Below the pieces are notes generated by a model. It ran no database searches. It was not told the DNA's origin and saw only the letters and a list, made by a program, of their open reading frames with translations. A stretch of DNA of 64,000 bases, taken from contig CM052851.1 of the NCBI GenBank assembly GCA_028534125.1, positions 2,294,001 through 2,358,000 on the forward strand. Reading direction: 5' to 3'. Source of the stretch: Lama glama (Eukaryota). Below are positions 35,551 to 48,337 of the stretch, one piece after another. Numbering within the stretch: position 1 is the first letter of the stretch; each line of letters opens with the position of its first letter. The translations under genes and the position numbers were made by a program.

Positions 35551-36060
35551 AAAAAAATTATATTGAAGTGTAGTAGATTTACAATGTTAGTTTCAGGCGT
35601 GTGGCAAATGGTTCAGTTATACACAGACATAATACGCAAATTTTTTCTTTTCAGATTCTTTTCCGTTGAAGCTCATTACAAGAAACTGAATACAGTTCCC
35701 TGTGCTGTACAGTAGGTCCTTGTTGTTTGTCTACCTTGTATATAGTAGTGTGTGTTTGCTAATTTCCAGCCCCTTATTTCTCCCTCCCCGCCTTTTTCTC
35801 CTTTGGTAACCATAGTTTGTTTCCTGTATCCGTGAGTCTGTTTTTGGTTTGCAGATAGAATTTGTATCTCTTTTTTAGATTCCATGCATATGACATCATA
35901 TGATATTTGTCTTTGTCTGATCCACTTCATTCAATATGATAATCTCCAGGTCCATCCACGTTGCTGCAAATGGTGTTACTTCATTCTTTTTTATGGCTCA
36001 GCAATACTCTGTTGTCTGTATGTACCACACCTTCTTTATCCAGTCGTTTGTTGATGGACA
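35551..36060 (-). mobile_element. Lineage-specific L1 3' end with TSD
   Basis: 3' UTR match; TSD tttagtctattactt (35536-35550) / tttactctattattt (36061-36075). Confidence 0.9.
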
Positions 36061-38194
36061 TTTACTCTATTATTTTAATAATGAACAACAATAATAACAA
36101 TGTAACAATGTTAAAAGTGAGTGTAGCAAGAAGGTTAACGATTAATCCAAAATAATAATCTAATTATAATAAGAACTAGTGCAAATAAAAACCTGACTGA
36201 ATAGCATCCTCTTTGCAGCCCTGTACCACATCCAGTGTCTCCACTTTCCCCTGGAGCACTGGGTAGATATTGGGACAATGAAGTGGGATCACCAAGGGGG
36301 CACATTGTGGCGGAGAGGGGACATCCCCTTTCATGCTCCTCCGGGCTCCAAGCTTCTGCTGCCATTGAAACAAGGAACGGCCCGTTCCCACCTCAGAGGT
36401 CACTCTTTGGAGGAATTTGACAAATGAAGAAACAGGGTCTCAGACTCACCGTGGAGCAGTGCTTTCTAGAGCGGGGGCTCCCCTGCGGTGCATGAGCTGG
36501 TTCTCGGGGGCACCCGGACCTCCTGGCTGCCCGCCCCGCCCCTCCCCTCCATCAGGAGAGAAAGTTAAATCGCCGTTAACAAGATGATCCCGTGCTCAGC
36601 TTCATGTTTGTCCTAAGGATGGACTCTGGGATGGAATTAGAACATTTGGACCCTCCACTCCGGGCTGCCAGCGGAGGAAGCATTCACCTCTCGCTGCAGA
36701 AAGTCAGATACTTCACCGCTGACATTTTCTCCTGACTTTCACGTTACCTCTTCCATCCAGAATCAACCTCCTCGACTCTGACCTCGGAAGGGCAGAGGGA
36801 GAGGGCTTTGTGAAAAGCGGGAAGCCTACCAAATGGCTCCACCTCCTTCCCAGCCGGCGGCAACAGGCCAGACTCATCACCATCTCCATCATTTATTTAT
36901 TTAAAATTGCAGTGTTTCACTCTTTTAAAAAATATCGCCTGCATAGCAGTGGATGCCTGGAAATTGATTCTTCGAACGAAAACCAGTTTCGCCTATTTGT
37001 AACACTTAAGTTGTTATGAGATTTGTTTCCTTGGGCACAGGGAACCCGTGCTGTGCCATCAACAAGGACCCTTCCCGGGCAGCACCGCCCTGTCTCAGTG
37101 TCCCATGTGCCCAGGTGGCCGGTCCTCTTTGTGGGGGCTTCCAAACCCGCCTCCTTTCCGTGATGGGTCTGGATTAGGAGCCAGAACATGTGTCGGGGAG
37201 CCCCGTCCACTGCACCGTAAACACCAGTCCCTGGTTGAAGTCCAAACTCCTTTCCTACATTAAATGAATTCAGAGACAGGGTGTGGGCGGAGGTCTCCAG
37301 GGGGACACGGCCACCATGTGACCCACGAGCTGGCCCCGGGGCAGTTGGTGACTCCTCAGCTGTCCCCTGTGCCTGAACACGTGTATTCTGCCCACCAGGC
37401 CCACAGTAGGAGCTGTTTTCAAGGATGTGACCTAGACTGGTGTTGAGACCATCAGCCGGTGGAGGTGACTGGGCTCTGGTCTCTCTATAAACTTTAAGGT
37501 TTGGCAAGTAGGTGCGGAGATGTGTTCACGGTCTTGCGTACATGTCCGTATGTAAGTTCCCTGCTTATCTGGCCTGTCACTTGCCCGTCTAGAGTGGCTA
37601 CTTCTTACTTCTGTATCTCCTGGCCCCCTGTGTAGGGGGCTGGTTTGTGAACCATCCCCTGGACCCGGGCTCCAACCTTCCCCTGCGAACATGAAGGGTG
37701 CCCCAGGGACAGGAAATTCCAGGCGCCCCCAGGATTTCCAGCCCAGCAGAGGGACAGCAAGTGTCTGAGTGCCGAGCGGAGGGCCTGCCCATCATCCCCG
37801 GTGTGGTAAGAGCAGAGACAGGAGCAGGAGTAGAACTGGAAGGTTCCCTGAAGAGAGGGGACGTGTAAGCCACTCTTGGGAGAGGATGAGGATGGAGGCG
37901 GACACCTCTGAGGACCTCAGAAGGACTCTGGAGCTGACCCAGGGCGGGTGAGAGCCCGTGGGAGTTAAAGCAGGGGAGGAATTCCAGGGGGGCCAGCCCA
38001 GCCCTCTGGAGGTGTGATGAGGCGGAGGGGGACAGAGGCGGTGGACATTCAGAAGTAGCAGCAAATGATGGAGGACAGAGGACAGGATGGGGAGGCGGGC
38101 TGGACGCAGGGCAGGCAAAGGAGGATGGGGGGACTTGGAGATGTGAAGGCTGGGGTGGGGAGCAGGGGTCCCGGGCACATCCAGATTCCCGGCT

Positions 38195-38945
38195 AGAAGC
38201 ACTAAAGATGCTACGAACATTTGCACAGGTTTTGGTGTGAACAAAACTTTTTCATTTCTTTTGGATTCATACCTGTGTCAAATACATTCAGCATATGCTT
38301 AATTTCATGCAGAATCACTGAACCGTTCTCTAAAGAGCTTGCGCCGTCTTCCATGGCCACCAGCGACCGGTGAGAGTTCCGGCTGCTCCCCGTCCTCGCC
38401 AGCGGTTTTTTCTTTCCAGGCATTCTAACTGGTGTATGGCTTTAATTTCTATTTCTCTAACGATTAATGACTGAGCGTCTCTTCAGGGGCACGTCTGCCC
38501 TGGGAAGTTCTTTGGTCAAGAGGCTGTCCTCCTCTTTCGCCCAGGTTTCCCTTGGGTGGTTTTTTTTTTTTTATTGCTGAGTTTTTCAAACTCCTGCTTT
38601 GAGTATTCTGCATCCAAGCCCTTTGTCAGACATGCTATTTGCAACAATTTTCTCCCAGTCTGTGTCTTGTTTTTCATTCTCTTTATAGTGTGTATTTCAA
38701 AGAGCAGAACTTTGAAACTTTGATGGAGTCCAATTTACCCATTTTCTTTTCCTTTATGGATGGTGTTTTGTTGTTGTGACTAAGAACCCAAGACCAGAGA
38801 CTTTCTCTGAGGTTTTGCTTTGAAAGTCACATCGCTTCATCTTTTATCTTGAGCTATGATCCAGCCTGAGGTCATTTTCGATAAGGTGTGAGGTTCATGT
38901 TTTCGCACATGGATGCTCAATTACTCCAAAGCCATTTACTGAACA
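38195..38945 (-). mobile_element. Old L1 ORF2 3' fragment
   Basis: ccctttgtcagacatgctatttgcaacaattttctcccagtctgtg...ttgatggagtccaattta. Confidence 0.8.
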
Positions 38946-39093
38946 GATTTACCACTTTTTAATATTTTAAAATAACGTGTCCTTTTCTGTCATTTATCCA
39001 TTTTTTCAATTAGAGATTTTGATGAATTTGATCACTTTCTAAGCAGATATTTAGTTTGAAAAGAATCTTTACATATTTAGAATATGTACTTAC

Positions 39094-39475
39094 TTTTTTA
39101 AAATTGAGGTATATAGTCAGTTACAATGTGTCCATTTCTGGTGGCCAGCATCCTGTCTCAGTCATACATATAGACACATATATTTGTTTTCATATTCTTT
39201 TTCATTATAGGTTACTATAAGATATTGAATATAGTTCCCTGTGCTGTACAGAAGAAATTTGTTGTTTATGTTATATATAGTAGTACCTATAAATCTCAAA
39301 CTCCCAGTTTATCCCTTTCTACCCCTTTTCCCCTGATAACCGTAAGATTGTTCACTATGTCTGTGAGTCTATTTCTGTTTTGTAAATAAGTTCATTTGTG
39401 TCTTTTTTTCTTTTTTTAGATTCCACGTATGAGTGACATCATCTGGTATTTTTCTTACTTTATTTTTTTATTTTT
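39094..39475 (-). mobile_element. Lineage-specific L1 3' end
   Basis: Same 3' UTR family as 16740-17315. Confidence 0.9.
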
Positions 39476-40269
39476 CAGTTTTCAGTTTTCTGAGGTAGAA
39501 TTGTCACAGCTTGGCTGCACATACACAATATATTGCATGTAAATACATATGCATGGTATACTGCACATATTTTAAAATTTACGTATGTGCACTGTTCATT
39601 GTTTCTAAGAACGTTTAGATCTTTAGCTTTTTCAAATTCCATAGTTATCAAAAGAATAAAGCCAGCCACAAAATAAGAATTAATTCGAAAAGACACACAC
39701 ACCCAGCTATTAACAGCAATATTATTTATAATTGCCGAGATACGGAGGCACCCTAAGCGCACGTCCACAGGTGAATGGATAAAGAAGATGCAGAAAAAAA
39801 AGTGAATGAAGGGCTGCAAATGGCAAAATATCCTTCTTTCCTATGGCTTCATTCAATCTTATCACCCACCGGTTTTCCGTTGCATGAATGTGGCACAGTT
39901 TCTTCATTCCCATCTCTGCTGATGGATCTTTGGGTGGTCCCTAGTTCTGTGACATCACGGGTGCCACACGCATCCTTGCCCGTGGCTTGGGTGCCCACAC
40001 ACATGCCCGCATCCCTCTTGGTTGTGTACCTAGAGTGCTGGCCATAGTAGACGCTGCTGAACGACTTTCCAAAGTGGTCATTTCAACTCCATCACCAGCG
40101 CCTCTGGCATTCGGTACAATCTGCTTTCTCCATTGTCGACAGTTGGGCGTGATCTCATTGCTGGTTTATTTTGCCTGTCTCTGTTGAATAATAAAATTGG
40201 GTACCTTTTTATCTGCTTAGAGATCTTTTTGAGAGGTTTTGGAAGGTTTGTTCAAGTCTTGTCCATTCT

Positions 40270-40362
40270 TTTTTTTTTTTTTTAATGGAGGTACTGGGGA
40301 TCGAACCCAGGACCTTGGGTATGCTAAACACATGCTCTACCACTAAGCTATATGCCCACCCC
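40270..40362 (-). mobile_element. Vic-1-like SINE, short variant, with TSD
   Basis: Poly-T, ggggatcgaacccaggacc; TSD cttgtccattct at 40258-40269 and 40363-40374. Confidence 0.93.
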
Positions 40363-40542
40363 CTTGTCCATTCTGTAGCTGGCTAGTCTTTTTTATTTAG
40401 ACTTTTCTATATTCTTGATATAAGCATCTTTACTATATTTTTTGCATGTTTATACCTTTAGATATACTGCATGCCAAATTAAAAAAAAATTTTGTCCTGG
40501 TTTTGTTTGAGATTGCATTGAACATAATGATATTTTAAAACA

Positions 40543-40700
40543 TTGTTTTGTTTTGTTTTTTGTTTATTTATTTATTTATTTTTATGGGTGGGGAGGTAAT
40601 TAGGTTTATTTATTTATTTTTTAAACAGAGGCACTACGAATTGAGCCCAGACCTCGTGCATGCTAAGCACACACTCTCCCACTGAGCTCTACCCTCCCCC
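40543..40700 (-). mobile_element. Vic-1-like SINE, long-tail variant
   Basis: cgtgcatgctaagcac...actgagctctaccctccccc; (TTTA)n tail. Confidence 0.9.
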
Positions 40701-40814
40701 ACCCTGAATTTAATGACCTTTTGAGGGAGAGCTGCTTCTTTACGGCTTTGAGATTTCCCGCTGAAGAACCACGGAGGCAGCAGTCACTGTGAGAGAGCTG
40801 CGCTTACGCCGATC

Positions 40815-41015
40815 CGCTGTGCTTCTGAGTGTACGCAGGGGCACTCGTTTAGCCCTCTCAGCAGGACTGTGTGGCTTCTAGCCCCATTCTCCAGGTTTGG
40901 AAGCTGAGAGAGAGGCTAGGATACACGGCCAAGTCCGCCCAGTTAGTCAGTGTGGGGCTGGGTCCTACAACCAGGTGGTCTGGGTTAACAGACTCTGTTC
41001 TCAACCACAGCTCTA
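40815..41015 (-). mobile_element. MIR SINE
   Basis: ccccattctccaggtttggaagctgagagagaggctagg...ccaagtccgcccagttagtcagtg. Confidence 0.65.
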
Positions 41016-41099
41016 TACCTGTCCTTTATTTATTCTACTGTTTTTGGTTTCTCTTAAGAGAATTTTTAGGTTTTTTTTCCCCCTCTGAGCCTCACAAAA

Positions 41100-41700
41100 T
41101 TCTCATTATATTTATCTCGGCTCTTTTTTCCCTTTTGTTCTGTTGAGTCCAGAACTTCCTTATTTCCTTTCTCTTTCCAACTGCTTACTGGTCATCAATA
41201 GAAAAGTTATTGGTTTCCTATGGTCCTCTTCCAAACTCTTTCATGAGCTTTTAGTTGATTTCCTTAGATTTTTCAACTAGAAAATTCATAGCATCTCCCC
41301 AAATGATAAGTTTGCCTCTCTTTTCAAATACTTCTATTTCTTATTTAATTTTCTTATTCCATTGCATTGGCTAGCACTTCTAGAGAAAGATTAAGCACTG
41401 CAATGTCAGCAGGCTCCCGTATCGTGTTCCTGGATCGGATGAGAGTGATTCAGTGTTTCATACTAAACGTCACGCTGGATTTGTTTTGAGGATTAAAACT
41501 GAACAATATCAAAATATTCTCAAACAATTCCTTTTTTTTTAACTAAGAAGTTTTGTTGGGTCAAACATACCTCCTAATAGATTTGCTAGTGGTGAAACAC
41601 TCTAGCGTCATTGGAATCAAGCTCACCTAGTCACGGTGTGCTGTTTTGTCAAGGCCCTGCGGTATTCTGTCTGTTGATAACGTAAAAGGCTTTGCTTATT
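41100..41700 (-). mobile_element. Very old L1 (L1ME-like) fragment
   Basis: ttagttgatttccttagattttt...cttattccattgcattggctagcacttctag. Confidence 0.65.
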
Positions 41701-44700
41701 CGTCTGCTTGTCAAGCAAACCGCAAGAGCCTCTGAGCTGGTTACAAAGGGACCTTCTGATATGTCTCATTTTTCAGGAAAAGCGTCCAGGAGCTCCTGCT
41801 GTTTCTCATCAGCTGACCCACTCCCACTCCACGGGGACTTCCCCTGGCCTCAGGCCATGTCACCTCCAGGGCAATGTCGGCTCTCCCTGATTCTGGCTTC
41901 ATCTTCATGGACATCACACAGGATCACAGGGTTTTCTCAAGGTCTCTGCCATAAACATGGGAGGTACCTTCTTAGAGGCCCCAGGACTTCCCTGAGCAGG
42001 ACTGTTCACTCACCTCCCATCTACCAGGATGGCCGAGGGCTGTCCCTGGGGCCATAACTCCTCCAGGCTTCAGACTGTACTTGCACCCGCAGGAGGCCTG
42101 AGAGAAGTCCCTGAGCAGAAAGCAGAGAGAAGCTGGCCTGGAGGTGGCCTCCCAGGGGGAGCCTCAGCTCCCCTCCGCCCATCGCCTGCCTGCCTGTCCT
42201 CTGCCCACTGCTCCCCCATCCTCCAGTCCAGCGGGAAAAGCCTGACCAGCCCCTCCTTCCATCCCAGATTCCAGGAGGAGCCAATTCCCCTTCCCCGCTC
42301 CCGGAATTAGCAGCCTTGACTCTCTGATCAGACATCAGTCCCGCGAGGCTTTTCAAAACAAGTCCGTGGAAAAGAAATTTGTGGAAAATTAATGGAGAGT
42401 TATAAAACTCCTGGTGAAGCTCTGGAGGGCCCCACAGGAGGCACGTCGGCAGAGAAGTCGAGGGGTCTGCACGATCTGGGAGTATTTACAGTACCAGGAT
42501 GTGCCACTGAGCCAAAGCTGTCAAGAAATTACAAAGAAATGAGTGAATGGTCCAAAATCTGATGGGTGGGGGAAGATGAGCGAAGTAGACCTCTTGTAGT
42601 GGAAAACAAGTAGAAAAAACTGCAGAAGTGTGGGGGGATCTGGCAGGGATGAGGAAAACGGGGTGCACTTGCTGGCTGGAGCACCTCCCTTTACATGCCT
42701 TTACCTGGCCTCTGCTGTGCACACCTGCCTTCACCTCCCAAACCCAGGAGTGTCTCCTCTAGAGGGACAGACCAGGCTTGCCGCTGACTGCAGTGTGCAT
42801 CTGGGTTAATCCAAGCCACAAAATATTTATAATGTTTTCCCCAGGACAGAGGAGTTGGTTATGTTTCGCGTCTCTTCGCGGTCCGATGTCCCAGTTTCTA
42901 GTTCTCTGTAAAGCAGTGACTCTTTCTGGGAAGTCCTGGGGTGCCCTGTGCTCAGGGCGCAAGCCATAAATATTGTGACTGATGGTGGACACTGCAGGTT
43001 TTACAGGCATAAAGAAAAGCTTATAGATGAGAAAGGCAACCTCCTTCTGCAAGCTCACTCAAGCAGCATCAGACACGTCTGGGGGACCCAGGAAAAGGCA
43101 GCTTACAGAAACAAAACCAGGGAGTTCTGACCCCAAGAAGCAAAAAGGAGTATTTCTCTTCTCCTAAATTGAAATGGAGACAAGGCACTCTGTGACGTGA
43201 ACTGCACAGGGTCCACCAGGAGGAAGACAGCTTCCAGGGAGCAGCACCGTGGTGCTGTGTGACGGTCCAAACCACCGGCAGGCACGGGCTGTCAGGGGGT
43301 CGGGGGGCCCTGTACCCTGGAACACATTCCCAGGTCATTAAGGGGCGAGGAGACGCTGCTGTTTTTGGATCACGCGCCTCTTCACTCGAGGTTGCTGAAG
43401 ACTGGAAGGAGGCTGCCTAATCCGTACAAGGTGGAACTGGATACCCAGACAGACGCAGAGAAACTGGGACGTGAGAAGGATACTGTCCTTGAAATGCCAA
43501 AAGATGGGGCTCGCACAGAGCAATGTTGTTGAGCAAGAAACAGATCAGAGGGACTGGAGTGGGTGGCCAAGGGACATCCAGCTGGGTGGACAGGCTGGCT
43601 GAGACCTGGGTCCCCAGGGAAGTATTTCTTGACCACGGCAGGAGGGCTTTGGCATGTGAGTACAGCAGTTGTGTGGCCACAGCTGGATTCGAGCCAACTT
43701 CTCCCTTTACAATTTGCAAGATGGTTCTAGAAATCCGGGCAGGAGTGTTGGGGGGCGGGAATCTGGTTGGAGGGGAGTGGTATCTTGGGGACTTGGGGTT
43801 GCAGGGCCAATACACGGTAAGATAGCTCGCTTTATTTGGGATCATGGTGGGGGTTGGGGAAGAAAGGCCCCCCCCACCCCCTATAAGCCCTGTCCTATAA
43901 GATCTGTCACTCCCAAGCCCAAAGAACATCAGAACCTTCTGCTGATCACCCTTCCCCACCCCCCTTGGCAGGATCCTCTGCCTCCAAGTCAAAGAAATTA
44001 TGCCTGCAAGTGCCTGCTTGGGCTTCATTCTTCCGGTTTTAAGGATTATTACTATTTGATTGTCTCCTTTCTTCATTCAACAAACGTTTTATTAAATCTC
44101 ACGCTTAAGGGAGCAGAGGGGAGAAAAAAGTTGGTATCTGGCAGCTGCCCTAAAGGAGTTACAGGACTTCATCTGTGTCCTGAAATATTAGGCCTCAAAC
44201 ACAACTTTTTTTTTTAATCTAAGTGCTTTTAAAGACTTCTTTGAAATGTGGGACAATTATGCAAGCAGGGAAAAAAAGTATCTAGAGCAAATATTTAACT
44301 TTGCCTTCGGTATGTTGAAGTCACCGGCCCATGCAATCTCCCAGGCATGTCCTATAAAACTGACTTTAAAAATACACATGTATATACGTTCCTCACGGGG
44401 AGACAGGGCTGGGGGTTTGCACGGCGGGAGGCTCGCTCTTCTGGAAGCATGCTGCGCCACATCATAGCCTGGACGCTGGTGCTTGCCACCACCCCTCCCT
44501 GGACTGCAGATCTGGGCGGCAGAAAGCGCGCCTCCTTTTCAGAATACTGGAAAACGCAGGGCTCAGAAGCCTCCCCAGCAGCCTCCTCAGAGGCACGCCG
44601 CTCCTGCAGGTGGCATGCCCAGTGAATTGCTGGGGCCTTGAGAAAAGTTATTAGCTGACTGCCCGTGCCCCGGGTCGGGAGGAGCAAAACCACTTCCCAG

Positions 44701-45479
44701 TTCGGAGCCGGGGGCCAGGGGCTTAAGGCAACGCGCTTTGGGTTTCGGCAACACTAGCGAGCTCGCAGTCCCGGATCATAATAGGATTCGCGGGCGTCTC
44801 CGGACGGTGCCTGTCCGGCTCCAGGATTCAGTGGGGCGGTTGACTTTAACGGCCCCCGCCCTCCAACCCCCTCCCGGCCCGAGGGCCGCCGCCCTCCCGC
44901 GCCGCGGCTCTGCACGCCCAGGACGGAGGCGCCCAGGTGGACGGTGGCCTGGGAGGCCGACGGCGGCGCCTTGCCCAGGCACAAAGTTTTCATCTGCTCC
45001 GCACGCCTTCAGATGTGCAGTCGGCCCCTGTATTTCCGAATCCTGTTAGCATAAAGCCCTCTCGGGCGGGAGTGGGCTGCGCAGGATGAGCCGGGCTTCA
45101 CAAAATTAAGGGACTTTCTGGTCCGCTGGCTCGCGCCGGGCGGGGTGGGGGAGGGGCGGGGGGCGCCGGGCCACGCAGCCCGGGCTGGGGCGGGGCCAAG
45201 GTGGCCCCGGGCTTCCTCCGTCCCTCGGTTGCTACAACAGACCCCGCAAGCCGCGCGCCAGACGCCGCCGCGGACCGGAGCCGGCCAGGGCCAGGTGGGG
45301 AGGGGTCGGCCGCGGAGGCGGGAGATCCGGGGCGGGTGGCGCACGCGAGGCCGGGGCCGCGCGCGCCCTCGGGCGGAGAGAGGACCCCTCCCCCACCCTC
45401 GCCAGTCCCGACCGCCCGCGCCCGGCCGAGGGGAGCGGCCCCCGCTGCAGCGCGGGGCGGGGCCGCGGCGTCACCACCC

Positions 45480-45647
45480 CCCCCAGCCCGGACACCTGAG
45501 CGGCGGCGGCCGCGGCTCCCGCGCTCCGGCCGGGCTGGGCGCGGTGCCGCTCGGGTCCCCGAGGCCGAGCGAGGTGCGTGCAGACGCCGGTCCTCCCCGG
45601 GGGGGGCTCCGGCCCGCCCGGACTCGCCGAGCTGCCGCCCGAGCCAG
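45480..45647 (+). other. Candidate non-coding first exon (5' UTR); start approximate
   Basis: Follows a GC box; no ATG between 45121 and 45647; donor CAG|GTGAGG at 45647/45648 followed by G-rich intron-like sequence; possible alternative donor GAG|GTGCGT at 45573/45574. Confidence 0.6.
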
Positions 45648-46155
45648 GTGAGGCGGCGGCGGGGTCGCGGGGCGCTGCGGGTGCGGGGCGGGGGTGGCTG
45701 GGGCAGCCCGCGCGGCTGGGAAGGACAGTAGGTGGCCCCCGGGCGCGCGACCGTGCTCACCGGCTGCATTTTGGTAGCGTCTGGATTCCAGGAACACTAA
45801 CTATCGGGTAGGCGCAGTTCTGGACTCACAGAGGCTGAGGATAGGGGGTTGGGGGAAGGATTCCTCGGGTCCTGGTGGGAGTCGCTTCTCTGTAGAGGTA
45901 CCCCCCCCCCGGTCGTCCTTCTGGAGTAGGGGCCGTTTTGGAAGCGGCGTGGGAGCTGAGCGCAGGAACACCCCTTTTGTTCCCCCCCACCACGCGCTCA
46001 TGGACGTCCTCACCTCTAGCGCGCCCTGTGTCTCCCCTTGGGGCAAGGCAGGTGGATCTACCTCCACTCGCTGCCGGTGGTCTTCTTGCCCTAGGTCGCC
46101 GCCCGCTGGCCCGGATACCTGGGCCCTCTTGCCCGGCGGTGGAATTCGCACAGAA

Positions 46156-46169
46156 CCGCCAGGGGGCGC
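46156..46169 (+). promoter_or_regulatory. CTCF core motif
   Basis: CCGCCAGGGGGCGC fits the CTCF consensus core; lies inside the CpG island. Confidence 0.6.
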
Positions 46170-48240
46170 CCGGGGGGCGGGGACCCGCGCCGCCTCCGCC
46201 AGGTCCCCGGAGACCCTGCGTCGGCTACTCCGGCCCCGGGCGCACCAGCGCCCACAGCCCCCATCCAGTTGCGCGCAGTTGAAGCAGCGGGCTCGGTGAG
46301 GCCGGGGCCGGTGCACCTGGCGCAGGCCCGGGGGGTCGCGGGTCGTACCCCCGGGTCTTGGGGATCGAGCAGAGCCCCCGCCAGGTGCCCGGCCTCTGCC
46401 CGCCGCACACCCCAGCCGGGCTGGGGGGCCCAGCTGGTGCAGGTGAGCGGCCGCCTCGCCCCGCCGCGGCGACCGGTGAATTATGCAGGAGGCTGGCACC
46501 GGCGCGCTCGAGTTGCTCAAGTTTCCCCGGCAACTTTCGCCCGGGCATCCCTCCTCCCGGCGGCCGGGCGGCTCCGCCCGCGCAGCCCGCGCGCGACCCA
46601 GGCGCCTCCTCAGGGCGTCCGGGGCGCGGGGGGCGCCTAGAGACAGCGACCACGCACTCGCCACCTGAGCTGGGGCCACTGGATTGTGCGAGCAGGTGCG
46701 ACCCCCTCTGAGGGCCTCGCCGCCGGGGTTCGGAGGGCGCGGGGGTCGGCGTGTCTGCGCGGCGACACTGCCCGGGATGAGAGGACCGGCGCGCAGGCGA
46801 GGTCAGTGTTTCCGAGGGGCTGGGGGCGTCCAGAGGGGGCGAGGCCGCTGCTGTGACAGTAGGTTTTCGCGGTGGAATTTTAAAGCGACCCTAGGTGGCT
46901 GGATCTGAGAAGGCCCTTGGGCCCCTCGGGTGGGAGCTCAGGCCGCGGTACTAGGGGCACCGTCCTGGGAGTCCTCAGAGGCCTTCCCAAAATAAAGTGG
47001 TTTCTGCGTAGAAGTTCGAAGAGGTAAATTAGATAGTTTCGTGACCTCTTTTTGTTTGAAACTCAAGTTCGAACATTAATGAGGTCAATCCGTTAATTAA
47101 ATTAAGCTCCAAGAAGCAGAGAGGTAATTTCAGAAGTACGGTGAGGGATGGCGGCTTGGCCTCTACCTGGGACTTGCCCGCGGCTTTGCTGACCCGCTGC
47201 AGGGAGGGTCAGTGGGCGCTGGGTTCAGCCTCTCTCCAAGTGCCCGCTACCCACGTTAAAGAATAATCAGAGGACCGCCTGTTCCTCGCCAGGCGTGGAA
47301 CCTGGCGCTTGGGGGCTTGGGGAGGTCCAGAGGAGCCCAGGATGCGGCCGCTTTTGGGGACTCGAGTTTTCAAACCACTTGTAGCCGACAGCAAGGCTGC
47401 GTGTGAGAAAGGTGTTGAACTCTGTCTGCCTGGAGCTTTGTACCCACTGGGGGCTCGGTGGTTATTAAAGGGGGACATCGATGTGGCTGCCCTGAGGTGG
47501 GGGTTAATAAGTGGTGGCAAGGAGTTTTGCCCGGGAAGTCACGGCATCCTTAAGAAGACATGAGGGAGACCCTCGTCTTAATAGGAGTTAGGCTGTTTTA
47601 GAAGTGACTGGATGTAAAACTCCTGGGGTGCAATGTTCTTAAAGGAAGGGGTTCCATTATTATGCTGGGAATTTCTGCTTTTCTAAGAAGAAAGAATTGG
47701 GTGGAAAGCTGGCTCTTCTTTGGAAGAGGCTGTAATTCTTCAGGTATCTAAAGGAACCCTTTATGAATAAAGGGATTTTTGCTGGTAAGGGTGGTTCGCA
47801 GTGGGCACTGTTGACAGCCCTTGGCTGCTTTGAACAAATCAGATCCCTTTATTGGTGGCGGGTGGGGGTAGCGAGTGAATCTGCCTACTGGCTCCAAGTA
47901 CAGTTTGCTTTAGAAAGCTCTATTCGTGTTCAGGTGAGTTTCCCAGAGGTTTTCATTCATTCATTTATTTTAAAGTGCTTGGGGTTGTGGGCAAGGCCCC
48001 CTATCTGGCGTCTAGGGGTCACCTTGTGCAGGTGACTCGGTCCCAGCTTCTGGGGGACCCTGTCCAGGAGAAGCCCGGACCATCAGGGTCAGATGTGAGG
48101 AGTGGAGGAGCGGAGTTCCAAGATAGCTCTGCATTTTACATTTCATTGGTGATGGGGAAAAGGGTGGAAGAAAAAACATGCCAGGAGTTAACCTATGTGC
48201 AGGGAAATACTAGTCAAAACTGACTTTTATAGAAAAATAA

Positions 48241-48337
48241 TTCTTTTTTCCCCCGTAACGAAGGCCCTGGAGATTGAACCCAGGACCTCATGCACGTACA
48301 TGCCAGGCACACACTCTACCACTGAGCAATTTCCCCC
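48241..48337 (-). mobile_element. Vic-1-like SINE
   Basis: gattgaacccaggacctcatgc...ctctaccactgagc. Confidence 0.88.

Larger units (their letters stand above)
44700..46950 (+). promoter_or_regulatory. Large CpG island, promoter of an unidentified gene
   Basis: About 2.2 kb of very high GC and CpG, repeat-free; GC boxes near 45153, 45187 and 45454; + strand splice donors downstream. Confidence 0.92.

Noticed and set aside
45480-45647. Naming the gene (IL4R, SLC6A6, PRKCD, SYK and GTF2IRD1 considered from layout)
   Set aside because: The exon or promoter does not match what I recall for these genes; no coding sequence is in the window, so the symbol is left blank
44738-46908. Many long ORFs on both strands, up to 292 aa
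   Set aside because: Stop-codon depletion in CpG-island DNA; Arg/Pro/Gly/Ala-rich in all frames; several begin at non-ATG codons
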